Shown here piece after piece: positions 29,499-39,651 of a stretch of 64,000 nt of DNA. A program made the translations under genes and the position numbers. The stretch is from Candidatus Komeilibacteria bacterium (GTDB taxonomy: Bacteria > Patescibacteriota > Patescibacteriia > UBA1558 > 2-01-FULL-52-15). The stretch covers positions 6,018-70,017 of the forward strand of contig JAZDLR010000021.1 in assembly GCA_043801745.1 (NCBI GenBank), read 5' to 3'. Numbering within the stretch: the stretch's first letter is position 1; each line of letters opens with the position of its first letter. Under the pieces are notes generated by a model. It was not told the DNA's origin. It did no database searches and saw only the letters and a list, made by a program, of their open reading frames with translations.

Positions 29499-32400
29499 CT
29501 ACGCCCGTTCTTCCAGTTTCCAACTTCCGGCTCCAACTAATTGTTCCAAAGCTGATTGTAATTCTTGGCTGGCAGTAACGTGCAGATTAGTGCGGACTTT
29601 GCGGGTCTCGTGATTTTGAATAACTAAATAAACAGGTACCGGTCCCTGGTGCTGCTGACAAATTTCTTTGATGGCAGTTAATTTTTCCCGGGCAAAATTA
29701 GCCGGCAAGGTGAGCCAGACCTTGAGGTCGCGTAAGCGCGACTGCTGATATTTTTGTAAGGTTTCTTCGGTTAATTCTTTAACTGAATCGGCAATAATTT
29801 TCGGTACCCCATCTTTATCCGATACTTTACCTTCCACCATGACCAGTAAACTGTTACGCCAGGCAATAGCCGTACTTTGCAGTAATTTGGGAAAAATTAT
29901 GACTTCGGGTGAAGCTGTGCTATCTTCAATGGTAATAAAAAGCATGGGATCGCCGGCTTTGGTCACGACTTTGTGCACATTAGTAACTACGCCGGCCACT
30001 GTAACGCCGCGGCCATCGTGTTTTTTTAGATCACGCAGCGGAACAATGGCTTCTTTCAGCCAGGTCAGGTAGGGTTTAAAAGGATGATCGCTGACATAGA
30101 GGCCCAATAATTCCTTTTCCCAGGCCAGCCGTTGCCAGTTATCCGTGGCCGGAGCCGGTTCCAATTTTAAGCGGGCATTAATTTTTATGGGTAGGTCAGC
30201 GAATAAATTAGTAATACCGACCTTGCCATCGTTATGACTTTTTTTATTAAAGGTCAGTAGAGTTTCCAAGTTGGCCAACATTTGACCACGTTCGCCAAAA
30301 GCGTCTAAGGCTCCGGCTTTAATTAAACTTTCTAAGGATTTTTTATTCAAATCTTTATCAGTCACTCGTTGCAGGAAATTTTCCAGAGTCTGGTAAAAGC
30401 CATTGGTTTTTCTTTCGCGCACAATAGCTTTACTGATATGTTCGCCCACGTTTTTAATTGCATTTAAACCGAAACGCAAGGTACGGGGTTTTTCTTGAGG
30501 CTTGTCAGGATTCATCACAACGGAGAAAGTGCTGAAGCTTTCATTAACATCCGGCGGCAGCACAGCTAAGCCCATGGCCGAGCAGTCATTAACTTCTTTG
30601 GACACAGTTTCAATATCATGCAAATCAGCAGTCAGCAGGGCAGCCATGAATTGCGCCGGAAAATGCGCTTTAAGATAAGCCGTATGGAACGAAATCATGG
30701 CATAGGAGGCGGCGTGCGACCGGTTAAAGCCGTAACGGGCAAAGGGTACGATAAAATCCCAAATTTTTTGAGCAGTCTCGGCCGGTATATTGTTGGTTAC
30801 CATGCCTTTAATCAATAATTCTTCCTGCTCGTCCAGTAATTTTTTGATTTTTTTACCCACGGCTTTGCGTAGAATGTCGGCCTGACCATAAGTAAAGCCG
30901 GCCAGTTTGCGGGCAATTTCCATGATCTGTTCCTGATAGACTGCGATACCATAAGTATTAGCCAGTATCGGCTCCAGCTCCGGATGCAGATAGGTAATTT
31001 TTCTGGTGCCGTGTTTGCCACCAATATATTCTTCAATAAATTCCATCGGGCCTGGGCGGTAGAGGGAGATCATAGCAATAATATCTTCAATAGAAGTTGG
31101 TTTCAGCTGTTTCAAGTAGCGGGTCATGCCGCTGGATTCTAGCTGGAAGATGCCGCGCGTATCGCCCCGCTGCAATAGTTGGAAGGTGGTCGGATCATCC
31201 AACGGAATGGCGTCGAGCTTAATTTCAGTACCCGTGGTAGCGCGGATAATATCCAGAGCGTTTTCAATAATAGTGAGATTTTTCAAGCCCAAAAAATCCA
31301 TTTTCAATAAACCCAGATCTTCTACCGGATGCATGGAATACTGCGAGATAATGGAAGTATCGTCTGAGCTGGAATATTGTAAGGGTACATAATTGACCAG
31401 AGCATCTTTGGTGATCAGCACGGCGCAGGCATGGGTCGAAGCGTGTCGGGCCACACCTTCCAGTTGACGCGCGGCGTCAATCAGGCGTTTGGCTTGCTCA
31501 TCTTCCTGGTAGACTTCCTGTAATTCTTTAACTTTGGCCAAAGCATCGCTCAAAGTGCTCATCAGCGGAATTAATTTAGCAATACGGTCACAGTAACTGT
31601 AGCCAAAATCCAATACGCGGCCGACATCGCGGATCGCCGCCCGGGCCGCCATAGTACCGAAAGTGATGATTTGTGCCACGCGGTCATGACCGTATTTAGT
31701 TTCGACGTATTTTAAGACTTCTTCCCGCCGCACGTCGGCAAAGTCCATATCAATATCCGGCATAGATACGCGTTCCGGATTTAAGAAACGTTCAAACAGC
31801 AGTTTGTAGGTTATGGGATCAACATTGGTGATGTTAAGCAAGTAGGAGACAATACTGCCGGCGGCGCTGCCACGTCCGGGTCCGACCACGATGCCATTTT
31901 TTTTAGCCCAGTTAACAAAATCCTGCACAATTAAAAAATAAGCCGCAAAGCCGGTTTTGGAAATGATATCCAGCTCATAATCCAGCCGGTCCTTGAGTTC
32001 TTGAGGCGCAGTTTCATAGCTGGTCTGATAGCGCGCCGGTAAGCCCTGATAGGTTAATTGACGCAGGTAATCTTCCGGTGTCAAGCCATTAGGTACTTCA
32101 AATTCGGGCAAATTAATCTTGCCTAATTCAATTTCCAGATTACAGCGTTCGGCGATGGCAGCCGTATTACTGATGGCTTCGGGTGTGTTGGTAAAATTGG
32201 CGCCCATGTCTTCGGCTGACAGCAGAGAATAGTCTTCGCCAATATAGCTTAAGCGGTCTTTGTCGGTAATTTTACTCTTAGTCTGTAGACAGATCAGAAT
32301 GTCGTGAGCTAAAGAATCTTCAGACCGAGCATAATGCACATCGTTGGTGGCTACCAGAGGTAAACGGTGCTTCTTACTAAGACGGATTAATCCGCTGTTG

Positions 32401-32951
32401 ACTAGGCTTTGTTCCGGCATAGTGGGCCGGTTTTGCATTTCCAGATAAAAATTATCTGAACCAAAAATTTTTACAATTTTTTGTAGATTCAGTTCAGCCT
32501 GCTGATCGTCATTTTGCGCCAGGTGGCGGGCTAGGGGACCATTGAGACAACCGGAAAGAGCAATTAAGCCGTCAGAATATTGCTCTAGTAGCTGCCAATC
32601 AATACGCGGTTTATAATAAAATCCCTGCAGATGAGCTATAGAGGTGAGCTGCAATAAATTTTTATAACCGGTTTTATTTTTAGCCAGTAAAGTCAGATGA
32701 TAAGGCCGTTCGCGGCTAGGCTGGTCCTGGATGGATTCATTGGCCAGATAAGCTTCCATGCCAATGATGGGTTTAATTCCGGCTTTGAGGCACTTCTGAT
32801 AAAATTCAATAGCGCCGTACATGACGCCGTGATCTGTCAGGGCTAAGGCGGTCATGTTCAGGTCTTTGGCTCGGCTGATCAACTGATCAATTTTGCCTAG
32901 GCCATCAAGCAGACTGAAATGTGAGTGGACGTGGAGGTGAGTAAATTCCAT
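29499..32951 (-). CDS. dnaE: DNA polymerase III alpha subunit
   Basis: HLHVHSHFSLLDG PHP domain, GPGRGSAAGS, FERFLNPERVSMPDIDMDF, KMDFLGL, YGFNRSH, OB-fold tail. Confidence 0.98.
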   Translation of the reverse strand: MEFTHLHVHSHFSLLDGLGKIDQLISRAKDLNMTALALTDHGVMYGAIEFYQKCLKAGIKPIIGMEAYLANESIQDQPSRERPYHLTLLAKNKTGYKNLLQLTSIAHLQGFYYKPRIDWQLLEQYSDGLIALSGCLNGPLARHLAQNDDQQAELNLQKIVKIFGSDNFYLEMQNRPTMPEQSLVNSGLIRLSKKHRLPLVATNDVHYARSEDSLAHDILICLQTKSKITDKDRLSYIGEDYSLLSAEDMGANFTNTPEAISNTAAIAERCNLEIELGKINLPEFEVPNGLTPEDYLRQLTYQGLPARYQTSYETAPQELKDRLDYELDIISKTGFAAYFLIVQDFVNWAKKNGIVVGPGRGSAAGSIVSYLLNITNVDPITYKLLFERFLNPERVSMPDIDMDFADVRREEVLKYVETKYGHDRVAQIITFGTMAARAAIRDVGRVLDFGYSYCDRIAKLIPLMSTLSDALAKVKELQEVYQEDEQAKRLIDAARQLEGVARHASTHACAVLITKDALVNYVPLQYSSSDDTSIISQYSMHPVEDLGLLKMDFLGLKNLTIIENALDIIRATTGTEIKLDAIPLDDPTTFQLLQRGDTRGIFQLESSGMTRYLKQLKPTSIEDIIAMISLYRPGPMEFIEEYIGGKHGTRKITYLHPELEPILANTYGIAVYQEQIMEIARKLAGFTYGQADILRKAVGKKIKKLLDEQEELLIKGMVTNNIPAETAQKIWDFIVPFARYGFNRSHAASYAMISFHTAYLKAHFPAQFMAALLTADLHDIETVSKEVNDCSAMGLAVLPPDVNESFSTFSVVMNPDKPQEKPRTLRFGLNAIKNVGEHISKAIVRERKTNGFYQTLENFLQRVTDKDLNKKSLESLIKAGALDAFGERGQMLANLETLLTFNKKSHNDGKVGITNLFADLPIKINARLKLEPAPATDNWQRLAWEKELLGLYVSDHPFKPYLTWLKEAIVPLRDLKKHDGRGVTVAGVVTNVHKVVTKAGDPMLFITIEDSTASPEVIIFPKLLQSTAIAWRNSLLVMVEGKVSDKDGVPKIIADSVKELTEETLQKYQQSRLRDLKVWLTLPANFAREKLTAIKEICQQHQGPVPVYLVIQNHETRKVRTNLHVTASQELQSALEQLVGAGSWKLEERA

Positions 32952-33155
32952 AAGTGTAAACCGAATTCCCGCCTAAGACAGGGGGAGTAAGAGCACAATC
33001 GTGAATATAATTAATTACCCGCTTACGCTCCTCGTCGAGCTAAGCTCGATCGGAGCTTCAGCGGGTTCGTCTTTTCTTCATATTCACCTGGTGAATATTC
33101 GAAACAGACGAAAAATCCGGCCATTAACAAGCAGGAAATTATGAAGAGCTGTTGT

Positions 33156-33473
33156 TTATTTTTCTTTTTCTTCTGACTGCCGTTTGCCGCGTTTAGATTT
33201 CTTGTCAGTAAATTTCTCAATTACAGATTTAAGTTCAGCTCCACCGCGGATAATCAGGGGGATGTAGGTGGCCAGATCTTCAGTTTTACGGCGCATAGCC
33301 TGGGTGGCTTCGTGAATTGAGCTGGTAATAGCTTCCACCCGGTTGATAATGCGGCTGGTTTTACGCAGGAAATTAACCACATAAAACATCATCCAGCAGA
33401 GGAAGAAGGTAATGGCTACGGCGCAGATTGCCAGCACAAGCCAGAAAATATCCAAGGTAGTGTTGATGACCAT
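33156..33473 (-). CDS. Hypothetical membrane protein
   Basis: N-terminal TM helix followed by coiled coil and basic tail. Confidence 0.7.
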   Translation of the reverse strand: MVINTTLDIFWLVLAICAVAITFFLCWMMFYVVNFLRKTSRIINRVEAITSSIHEATQAMRRKTEDLATYIPLIIRGGAELKSVIEKFTDKKSKRGKRQSEEKEK

Positions 33474-33613
33474 AAGTTCAACTGGAATTATAGCACAAAT
33501 TAGGCATTAGGAAATAGGCGTTAGTCGAGCTTAGCTCGATCAGGTTGTAGTCAGAGGGGGGATTTACTAAGAACCTAATGCCCAATTCCTAACGCCTATG
33601 CTATAATTAACTC

Positions 33614-34489
33614 ATGCCCATAAATGTTAGTGACCAACAACTTGAGCGGTCATTGCTGATTGCGCGGCATAAATTACGCATCCGCTGGTCAATATTGGCA
33701 GCCCTGCTTTTAGTGGCTACACTTTCTTTGCTGTTTGCTGCTAATGGTCTATTAGCTTATTTTTCCCAGTCAGATAGTTATAACCGTTCAATGTCGCAAC
33801 TGTGGCATCCGGGAACTGATTGGGCAGCGGTGCATCAGCAGCAGAAGCCGCAGTCTTTGGTTATTGGCGCGGCTTATGTCTGGCCGCGGGGTAATGGCCG
33901 CTATGATCTGGCAGCTGAAGTCAGTAATCCTAATGCTCATTGGGGCGTGCAGCAACTGGATTATCAATTTTTTCGTGACAATGACGTCGTGGCTCAGGGT
34001 AGTACCACATTACTGCCAAGTCAGAGTCGTTTACTTACAGTCTTAGGCCAAACAGCTTCATCAACATTAGACACTATTGATGGCATACGTTTGACTAAAA
34101 CCAATTGGCGTTATATTCCGGACGATTCTTCTGGCTGGTGGCCCTTTAGCACTGAACCGCAATTTCAGGCCAGGACAGTTAGTGGTGACGGCAGTGGTGG
34201 AGGAGTGACGACTCTGCCGCGGGTGTCCTGGGAAGCGATGAATAACACTAAAATAAATCTGCGTCAGGTTGTCTGGCAAATAATCTTGCGCACCAGTGAT
34301 CGGGTGGATCAGGTTATTGAATATACTGCCAACAATGTGGCTTTTGGGGTGCTGCGTCGTTATGAGGTGGGGATAGCTTCAGACGTTGGTCGGCCGGATA
34401 CTATTAGTGTGCTACCGATTAGTGATGTTTATAATTCGGACAATAGCTATTCGCCGGTTCCGATAGATCCCTTATTACCTAACCGCTAG
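33614..34489 (+). CDS. Hypothetical membrane-anchored protein
   Basis: One N-terminal TM helix, beta-rich extracellular part (YDLAAEVSNPN). Confidence 0.7.
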   Translation: MPINVSDQQLERSLLIARHKLRIRWSILAALLLVATLSLLFAANGLLAYFSQSDSYNRSMSQLWHPGTDWAAVHQQQKPQSLVIGAAYVWPRGNGRYDLAAEVSNPNAHWGVQQLDYQFFRDNDVVAQGSTTLLPSQSRLLTVLGQTASSTLDTIDGIRLTKTNWRYIPDDSSGWWPFSTEPQFQARTVSGDGSGGGVTTLPRVSWEAMNNTKINLRQVVWQIILRTSDRVDQVIEYTANNVAFGVLRRYEVGIASDVGRPDTISVLPISDVYNSDNSYSPVPIDPLLPNR

Positions 34490-34539
34490 GCAGTTACCTG
34501 GCCGTTGACTAGATCAGGTGACTTGGCTACAGTAGAGTT

Positions 34540-35637
34540 ATGTATCAGTGGCTAGCTTTCGCCAGAAAATTTGACTGGCTGCTAACGGCAGCAGTTTTAT
34601 TTTTGATTTTTTTCGGTTTATTGATGATGTACAGCTTTGGACTCAATGACCCGGCCAGTCACTATATTCTTTTTAAGAAGCAGCTACTTTTCGCAGTTGT
34701 GGGCTTGATTCTCTATGCCCTGGTGGCCAATATGAATCACCGCATCTGGCAGACTTTTAGTAAATTAATCTACTGGTTATTTGCCTTGGTATTAATTTTA
34801 GTGGTTTTATTTGGCCGGACCATTAATGGCACCACTGGTTGGCTGCAGATAGCCGGCTTTGGTTTACAGCCAGTGGAGTTTGCCAAAGTGGCGGTCGTTA
34901 TTTTTTTAGCCAAATATTTTAGCCAGTACGCGCGGGAATTTTTTCTCTGGCGGCATGTCATTATTAGCGGCGCCAGTGTTCTCTTGATTGTTGGCTTAAT
35001 TCTATTACAGCCGGATTTGGGTTCGGCTATGGTAATTTTAGCCAGCTGGATTTTAATGTTGTTAATTGTAGGTGTGAAGAAATCTCATTTAGCGACTATT
35101 CTGATAATTTTTGTCGTAGTGGCTTTAGCCGGCTGGCTGTGGGTGCTGCAGCCGTATCAGAAGCAGCGTATTATCACTTTTGTTAATCCACAGTCAGATC
35201 CTTTGGACCGCGGTTATAATGTTCGTCAGTCGATTATTGCTGTTGGTTCCGGCCAGCTGATTGGCCGCGGCTATGCGCTGGGTTCGCAGAGTCAGCTGCA
35301 TTTCTTGCCGGAACCGGAAACAGATTTTATTTTCGCTGTTATTGGCGAGGAGTTTGGTTTGGTCGGAATTACCCTAATTCTGCTGGCTTATGCGGCGATT
35401 TTATATCGTTTGACGGTAATTGCCAATAAAACACGGGATAATTACGCGGCCTATTACTGTCTGGGTTTGGGCGCGGTTTTGTTGGTGCAGATTTTTATTA
35501 ACGTGGGAATGAACATGGGTATTGCTCCGGTAACGGGAATTCCCTTGCCCTTTCTTAGCGCCGGCGGCAGTTCCATGATTGCTATTTTGATTGCCTTAGC
35601 AATGGTCAATAATATGGGAGCGGAGAATAGGAATTAG
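34540..35637 (+). CDS. rodA: SEDS peptidoglycan glycosyltransferase RodA
   Basis: LQPVEFAK, LQPDLGS, GYNVRQS..AVGSG, FLPEPETDFIF, GEEFG, PVTGIPLPFLSAGGSS. Confidence 0.9.
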   Translation: MYQWLAFARKFDWLLTAAVLFLIFFGLLMMYSFGLNDPASHYILFKKQLLFAVVGLILYALVANMNHRIWQTFSKLIYWLFALVLILVVLFGRTINGTTGWLQIAGFGLQPVEFAKVAVVIFLAKYFSQYAREFFLWRHVIISGASVLLIVGLILLQPDLGSAMVILASWILMLLIVGVKKSHLATILIIFVVVALAGWLWVLQPYQKQRIITFVNPQSDPLDRGYNVRQSIIAVGSGQLIGRGYALGSQSQLHFLPEPETDFIFAVIGEEFGLVGITLILLAYAAILYRLTVIANKTRDNYAAYYCLGLGAVLLVQIFINVGMNMGIAPVTGIPLPFLSAGGSSMIAILIALAMVNNMGAENRN

Positions 35638-35725
35638 GTTGTAGGTTTTGGGAATTAGGTTGTAGGCATTAGGCGTTAGCTTCTTAGCAGGTCTTCATCC
35701 GGCTACAACCTAAAGCCTAATTCCT
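35632..35725. repeat. Heptamer-periodic inverted array (related array at ~33500-33598)
   Basis: aattagg ttgtagg ... cattagg cgttag / ctacaa cctaaag cctaatt. Confidence 0.65.
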
Positions 35726-35783
35726 GATTAGATCTTGACTTGGTTCTATAACTATGATTAAATAGTGGCCTAAACTTATATTT

Positions 35784-36476
35784 ATGCAATATACATTAAA
35801 GGCAGAAAAGCGGGAAATTGGTACGCCGTCAGCTTTGAATGAGCTGCGCGCAGCCAAAAAGATCCCGGGAATTATTTATGGCCACGGTACTGAACCGCTG
35901 ACTATTGCAGTTGATTATTTGGCGTTTAGCCGCTTAGTTACCCAGGCCGGTGAAAGCAGCTTGGTGACCATGGAAATCCCCGGTGTTGAGCCTTTCAGCG
36001 TGCTGATTAAGGATGTTCAATATGATCCGGTTAAGGATAGGGTGATTCATTTTGATTTACACCGCATCCGCATGGATGAAGAGGTGAAAGCCGAAGTTAA
36101 ATTGGTTTTTGTCGGCGAATCCCCGGCAGTCAAAGAAATGGGCGCCAATTTAGTTACAAATATGGACCACGTCAGAGTGGAATGTTTGCCCAAAGATTTG
36201 CCGCACGAGTTATCAGTTGATTTGTCCGGTTTGAAAGAAATTGGTGATGCTATTTCTATTGCTGATTTGAAAATACCAACCGGCGTTAAGGTTGTCGATG
36301 AAGCTGAATTGACCATTGTTTCTGTCATGCATGTGAAGGAAGAGAAAGTTCCTGAAGGTCCGGTGGAAACCGTGGTGGCTGAAGCTGTTAAACAGGGCGC
36401 TGAAGCTGAGCCGGCTGTTGAAGGTGATAAGAAGGAAGGTAAGAGAGAGGAAAAGAAGGAAGGGAAGAAAGAGTAG
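35784..36476 (+). CDS. rplY: 50S ribosomal protein L25/Ctc
   Basis: KIPGIIYG, KDVQYDPV, HFDL, GESPAVK, VECLPKDLP, acidic tail. Confidence 0.95.
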   Translation: MQYTLKAEKREIGTPSALNELRAAKKIPGIIYGHGTEPLTIAVDYLAFSRLVTQAGESSLVTMEIPGVEPFSVLIKDVQYDPVKDRVIHFDLHRIRMDEEVKAEVKLVFVGESPAVKEMGANLVTNMDHVRVECLPKDLPHELSVDLSGLKEIGDAISIADLKIPTGVKVVDEAELTIVSVMHVKEEKVPEGPVETVVAEAVKQGAEAEPAVEGDKKEGKREEKKEGKKE

Positions 36477-36608
36477 TTTGGTAGATTGGTAGTTTGGTAG
36501 TTGAGCGGGGCGAGTTGGAAAAGATAGTTTGAATTTTTTAAACCGTTGGGTGTGGGACGCTAAGCGTCCTAAACTTGGCGGTTTTTTGTTAACTCCCCTT
36601 GTCACTGA

Positions 36609-36800
36609 AACTCCCTCTGTCTCCCTCTTGTTAAGAGGGAGAACCTTCTCATAGCGTGCCCCTCTTGAAAAGAGGGGACAGGGGAGTTAGTAAGTCGAAG
36701 CCAGTTTTTCAATAACCCCTCTTAGTCTCCCCTTATACTAAGGGGAGAAACTCTTTATCAGGGTTTCCCCCTCTTAAAGTAAGAGGGGAACAAGGGGAGT
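36609..36800. repeat. Two tandem composite palindromes (outer stem plus two inner hairpins), family C-like
   Basis: ccctctt..aagaggg / cccctctt..aagagggg..ggggagtt repeated twice. Confidence 0.75.
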
Positions 36801-36899
36801 TATTTGAGATAGAAAAACTCCGTAAATTTAATAGCGCCGCGCTTCTATCGATGTTCTGATAGATGCGCGGCGCTGTGTTTCTCACCTCGTGAAGAGGTG

Positions 36900-37673
36900 T
36901 TACTCGGCGGTCAGATCGGCCAGGACCTGCCCCCAGTCCTTGCGGTCCTGGCGAACGTCGTCCTGCTTGCCGGTTCCCTTGCAGGTTCTGCACTTGCCCA
37001 CATCTTCGTGGCAGCCATTGCACTCGCCATCGACATACTCGTCGTGGCGCTGGCCGGAGCCGTGGCAGTATTGGCATTTGCCGGAGCCGTAACAGTACTC
37101 ACAGTCCTTCTGGCCGAGAACTTCGCGGTAGAAGGGAGTGTGCACGAACATGACCTTGGCCCCGTTGACCCCGAAGTTGGGCTTGAAGCCCTCACGATAG
37201 TAGGACGTTCCAAGATGATCGATGGCGGCGCTCATCGCGCCCTTATGGTGGTTGGTGTCCGTGACCATGGCCACGAACTTGGCGCCGACTTTGGCCGCCT
37301 TCAGGGCTATGATGAAGCCGTATGGCACCTGCTCGGCGGGATGGTAGGCCTCCGAAGCAAGCGTCTGCCTGCTCATCGGCATCATCATGTCGGTGAGCAC
37401 CACATCGAACGGGAAAGGAACCACCGACTTGGCTTCTGCCTCGCGGTGGGCCTTCCAGAAAGCCTTCCATTCCTCGTCACCACCATTCCGGTCGGGCGTG
37501 GCCGGGAAGCCGGCCTCGGTCATGAGGCGCGTGACGTTCTCGTCGTCGATCTTCTTGGCCATGAGTCCCATGGCAGCATCGAAGGAGTCGACGATGGTCA
37601 CATCGTGACCAGCGAGGGAGTCGCGGGCCGACTGACGATGCATTTCCTTGTCTTCGACCACCAGAATTTTCAT
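36900..37673 (-). CDS. Receiver-like protein with DnaJ-type zinc-finger repeats
   Basis: MKILVVED, FDVVLTDMMMP; CEYCYGSG, CQYCHGSG, CNGC, CRTCKGTG; SD gaggag. Confidence 0.75.
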   Translation of the reverse strand: MKILVVEDKEMHRQSARDSLAGHDVTIVDSFDAAMGLMAKKIDDENVTRLMTEAGFPATPDRNGGDEEWKAFWKAHREAEAKSVVPFPFDVVLTDMMMPMSRQTLASEAYHPAEQVPYGFIIALKAAKVGAKFVAMVTDTNHHKGAMSAAIDHLGTSYYREGFKPNFGVNGAKVMFVHTPFYREVLGQKDCEYCYGSGKCQYCHGSGQRHDEYVDGECNGCHEDVGKCRTCKGTGKQDDVRQDRKDWGQVLADLTAE

Positions 37674-37899
37674 CTCTTCTCCTCATTGCCCGATCAGGGG
37701 CGTGGGGGTTTACGAACTCGTTGTCTTGAAGTTTATATTAACCGCGCAAAAGCACGGTTGATGTTTAAAGAACTTTTCGGATCACTTGAGCATACTAAGT
37801 TTTAGTTACTATGCTCGAGTGATCCCCCCGTCTAATCTTTCGACTAGACGAGGGGTATTGCTGGCGGTCGCGTTGCGCGGCGCGGGTCATGATGGTCGC

Positions 37900-38313
37900 C
37901 TACTGCTTCATGATGAAGCTTTCGGCCGCCCACTTCCACTGGGGCGTGCCTCTCTTGTAGACTTCCACGAAAGCCCGCGGGATGTACTTCCGGGGACAGG
38001 TATAGTCGCCGGTAAGGGCGTGCCCTTTCCCCCAGTAGTGGATCGAGCCATCATCCTTGATGTGGGCGATGGCGACGATCAGGCCGTCGTTCCGGCGGAG
38101 CAGGTCTCCGACCTGCAGGCTGTCTACCTCGGCTTGAGTGATGCCGTCGGTGGAGTTGACGTCGACTGCGGCGGAGGCCGGCGCCGGGTGGGTGGAGTGG
38201 TTCTTGGTACTGTCGCGAGGCAAGATCCAGATGAACACCAGCACTGCTGCAATTAAGAATATGATCACAGCCTGAAAGGGCGTGAGACCCATATTCTTCG
38301 GGCTCTCTTGCAT
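37900..38313 (-). CDS. Hypothetical membrane-anchored protein (paralog 1)
   Basis: TM helix, PAPASAAVDVNS linker, VYKRGTPQWKWAAE C-terminus; SD aaggag. Confidence 0.75.
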   Translation of the reverse strand: MQESPKNMGLTPFQAVIIFLIAAVLVFIWILPRDSTKNHSTHPAPASAAVDVNSTDGITQAEVDSLQVGDLLRRNDGLIVAIAHIKDDGSIHYWGKGHALTGDYTCPRKYIPRAFVEVYKRGTPQWKWAAESFIMKQ

Positions 38314-38357
38314 GACTCTTTCTCCTTCTTGCCCATCAGCTGATGGACGGTGGAAGT

Positions 38358-38741
38358 TTACTGGGCGAAGTACCGTTCGGCAGCCCAGATCCAGCCCGGC
38401 TCACCCTTCTTGTAGACAGCGATGAACCTGGTGTCGACTTGGCCGAGCGGGCAGAGCATGGGGGCCGTGTGGTGGCCTTGGTACTCGATGTTGCCGGTTT
38501 TGAGATTCGACCAACTTGGCCGATACTCCACGACCATTGAGTCGGTAGTCAGGAACAGCTTGCCGGGTGTGAAATCCAGGAAGTCGTTCCTGGTGACCGT
38601 GACGGAATTGACGGCGACCGCGGCGGACACCGGCGCCGGCTGGGTGGGGCGTTGCATGGCCGCTATGACAACCCAGGTTACCAATCCCACAGCTATTGCT
38701 GTGCCTATCATGGCATACGGGCCGAGCATTTTTTGGCTCAC
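38358..38741 (-). CDS. Hypothetical membrane-anchored protein (paralog 2)
   Basis: GTG start after SD aaggag; TM helix, PAPVSAAVAVNS, VYKKGEPGWIWAAE. Confidence 0.72.
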   Translation of the reverse strand: MSQKMLGPYAMIGTAIAVGLVTWVVIAAMQRPTQPAPVSAAVAVNSVTVTRNDFLDFTPGKLFLTTDSMVVEYRPSWSNLKTGNIEYQGHHTAPMLCPLGQVDTRFIAVYKKGEPGWIWAAERYFAQ

Positions 38742-38817
38742 GACACTTTCTCCTTCTTGCCCATCAGCTCCGTCGGTTGGCGGATGGCTGGGGCGGTGAG
38801 GGTAAATTGAAAACTGA

Positions 38818-39006
38818 TTCCTACTCACACAACTGAAGACAGGAGTTGATTGCTATCAACCAAAGGTCAATAGCATGGGCTTTACCTCTACGAGAGAAGG
38901 AAACCCGGCAAACAAGATTCGGGCAGTAACTAGATAAATCCAGTTGCGGCCACAAATACAAGTTCGCAAAATATCAGCAACCTGCCTCCATCTGTGTGAG
39001 TAGGAA
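38818..39006 (-). ncRNA. Putative structured RNA (~190 nt, long closing stem, multibranch core)
   Basis: 14-bp perfect terminal IR ttcctactcacaca/tgtgtgagtaggaa extended by a G-U-containing helix; three internal hairpins; no ORF. Confidence 0.6.
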
Positions 39007-39183
39007 CGTTTAGTGGAATTAATCGCGTCAAATCACGTTAAACGTGACTAGCGCGATTTTAGTTTCAAGGAACTGACTTTGAATTAGTCACTTCTAAGCT
39101 TTCAACCAGTTAAAAGTTTAGAAGTGAGGAGGAGGAAAACAGCTGATGCTGTCTGCCTCCTCCTTGTGCCCATACGATCGGGA

Positions 39184-39471
39184 CTAGACCGGGATGAAGT
39201 GGTCGTTGTCCGCGTCGTCCCATTCGTTGGGGTCGCCGCAGGACACGCCGGTGGCGGTCCAGGCGGGGAGGAAGTTGATGGTCACCGGCAGCAGGTCGGA
39301 ACAGGTGTCGGCAGAGACGATTCGGGCCCACCGCCTTTCGATCCGCCGGAGGTGGTTCAGGGTCCAGTCATCAACGCTGTTCCAGAACTTCCACCCCTTC
39401 TCACCACCGAAGCGGTGAGACTGGGGCCTGAACTTCTTTCCGCGGCCGGGCAGTCTGACGAAAACGCGCAT
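39184..39471 (-). CDS. Hypothetical protein (95 aa), basic N-terminus and acidic C-terminus
   Basis: ATG at 39471 with SD aaaggtgg; terminator-like hairpin downstream. Confidence 0.55.
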   Translation of the reverse strand: MRVFVRLPGRGKKFRPQSHRFGGEKGWKFWNSVDDWTLNHLRRIERRWARIVSADTCSDLLPVTINFLPAWTATGVSCGDPNEWDDADNDHFIPV

Positions 39472-39651
39472 TTCTGCCACCTTTCTTTTGTGGAGGATGA
39501 CAAAAACCCGTGAAAAAACTAAATTGATCTCAAGGTACACTTTGTCGTATCGAGCGTTGCTCGACAGCGACTCATCTAAACTTACATCTCTTGATATAAA
39601 CTTGGATGAGCGCGCGAGTCCCGAAGGACCTCGCGCGGCGGAGACTAGCAC

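Noticed and set aside
33500-35725. Heptamer arrays and palindromes as a CRISPR array
   Set aside because: No constant 25-45-bp repeats with unique, evenly sized spacers, and no cas genes.
36897-38256. Long plus-strand ORFs (302 aa and 156 aa) opposite the accessory array
   Set aside because: Antisense shadows of GC-rich minus-strand genes, which have the SD motifs, recognisable motifs and promoter.
38818-39006. Retron msr-msd interpretation of the long inverted repeat
   Set aside because: No reverse transcriptase gene in the window.
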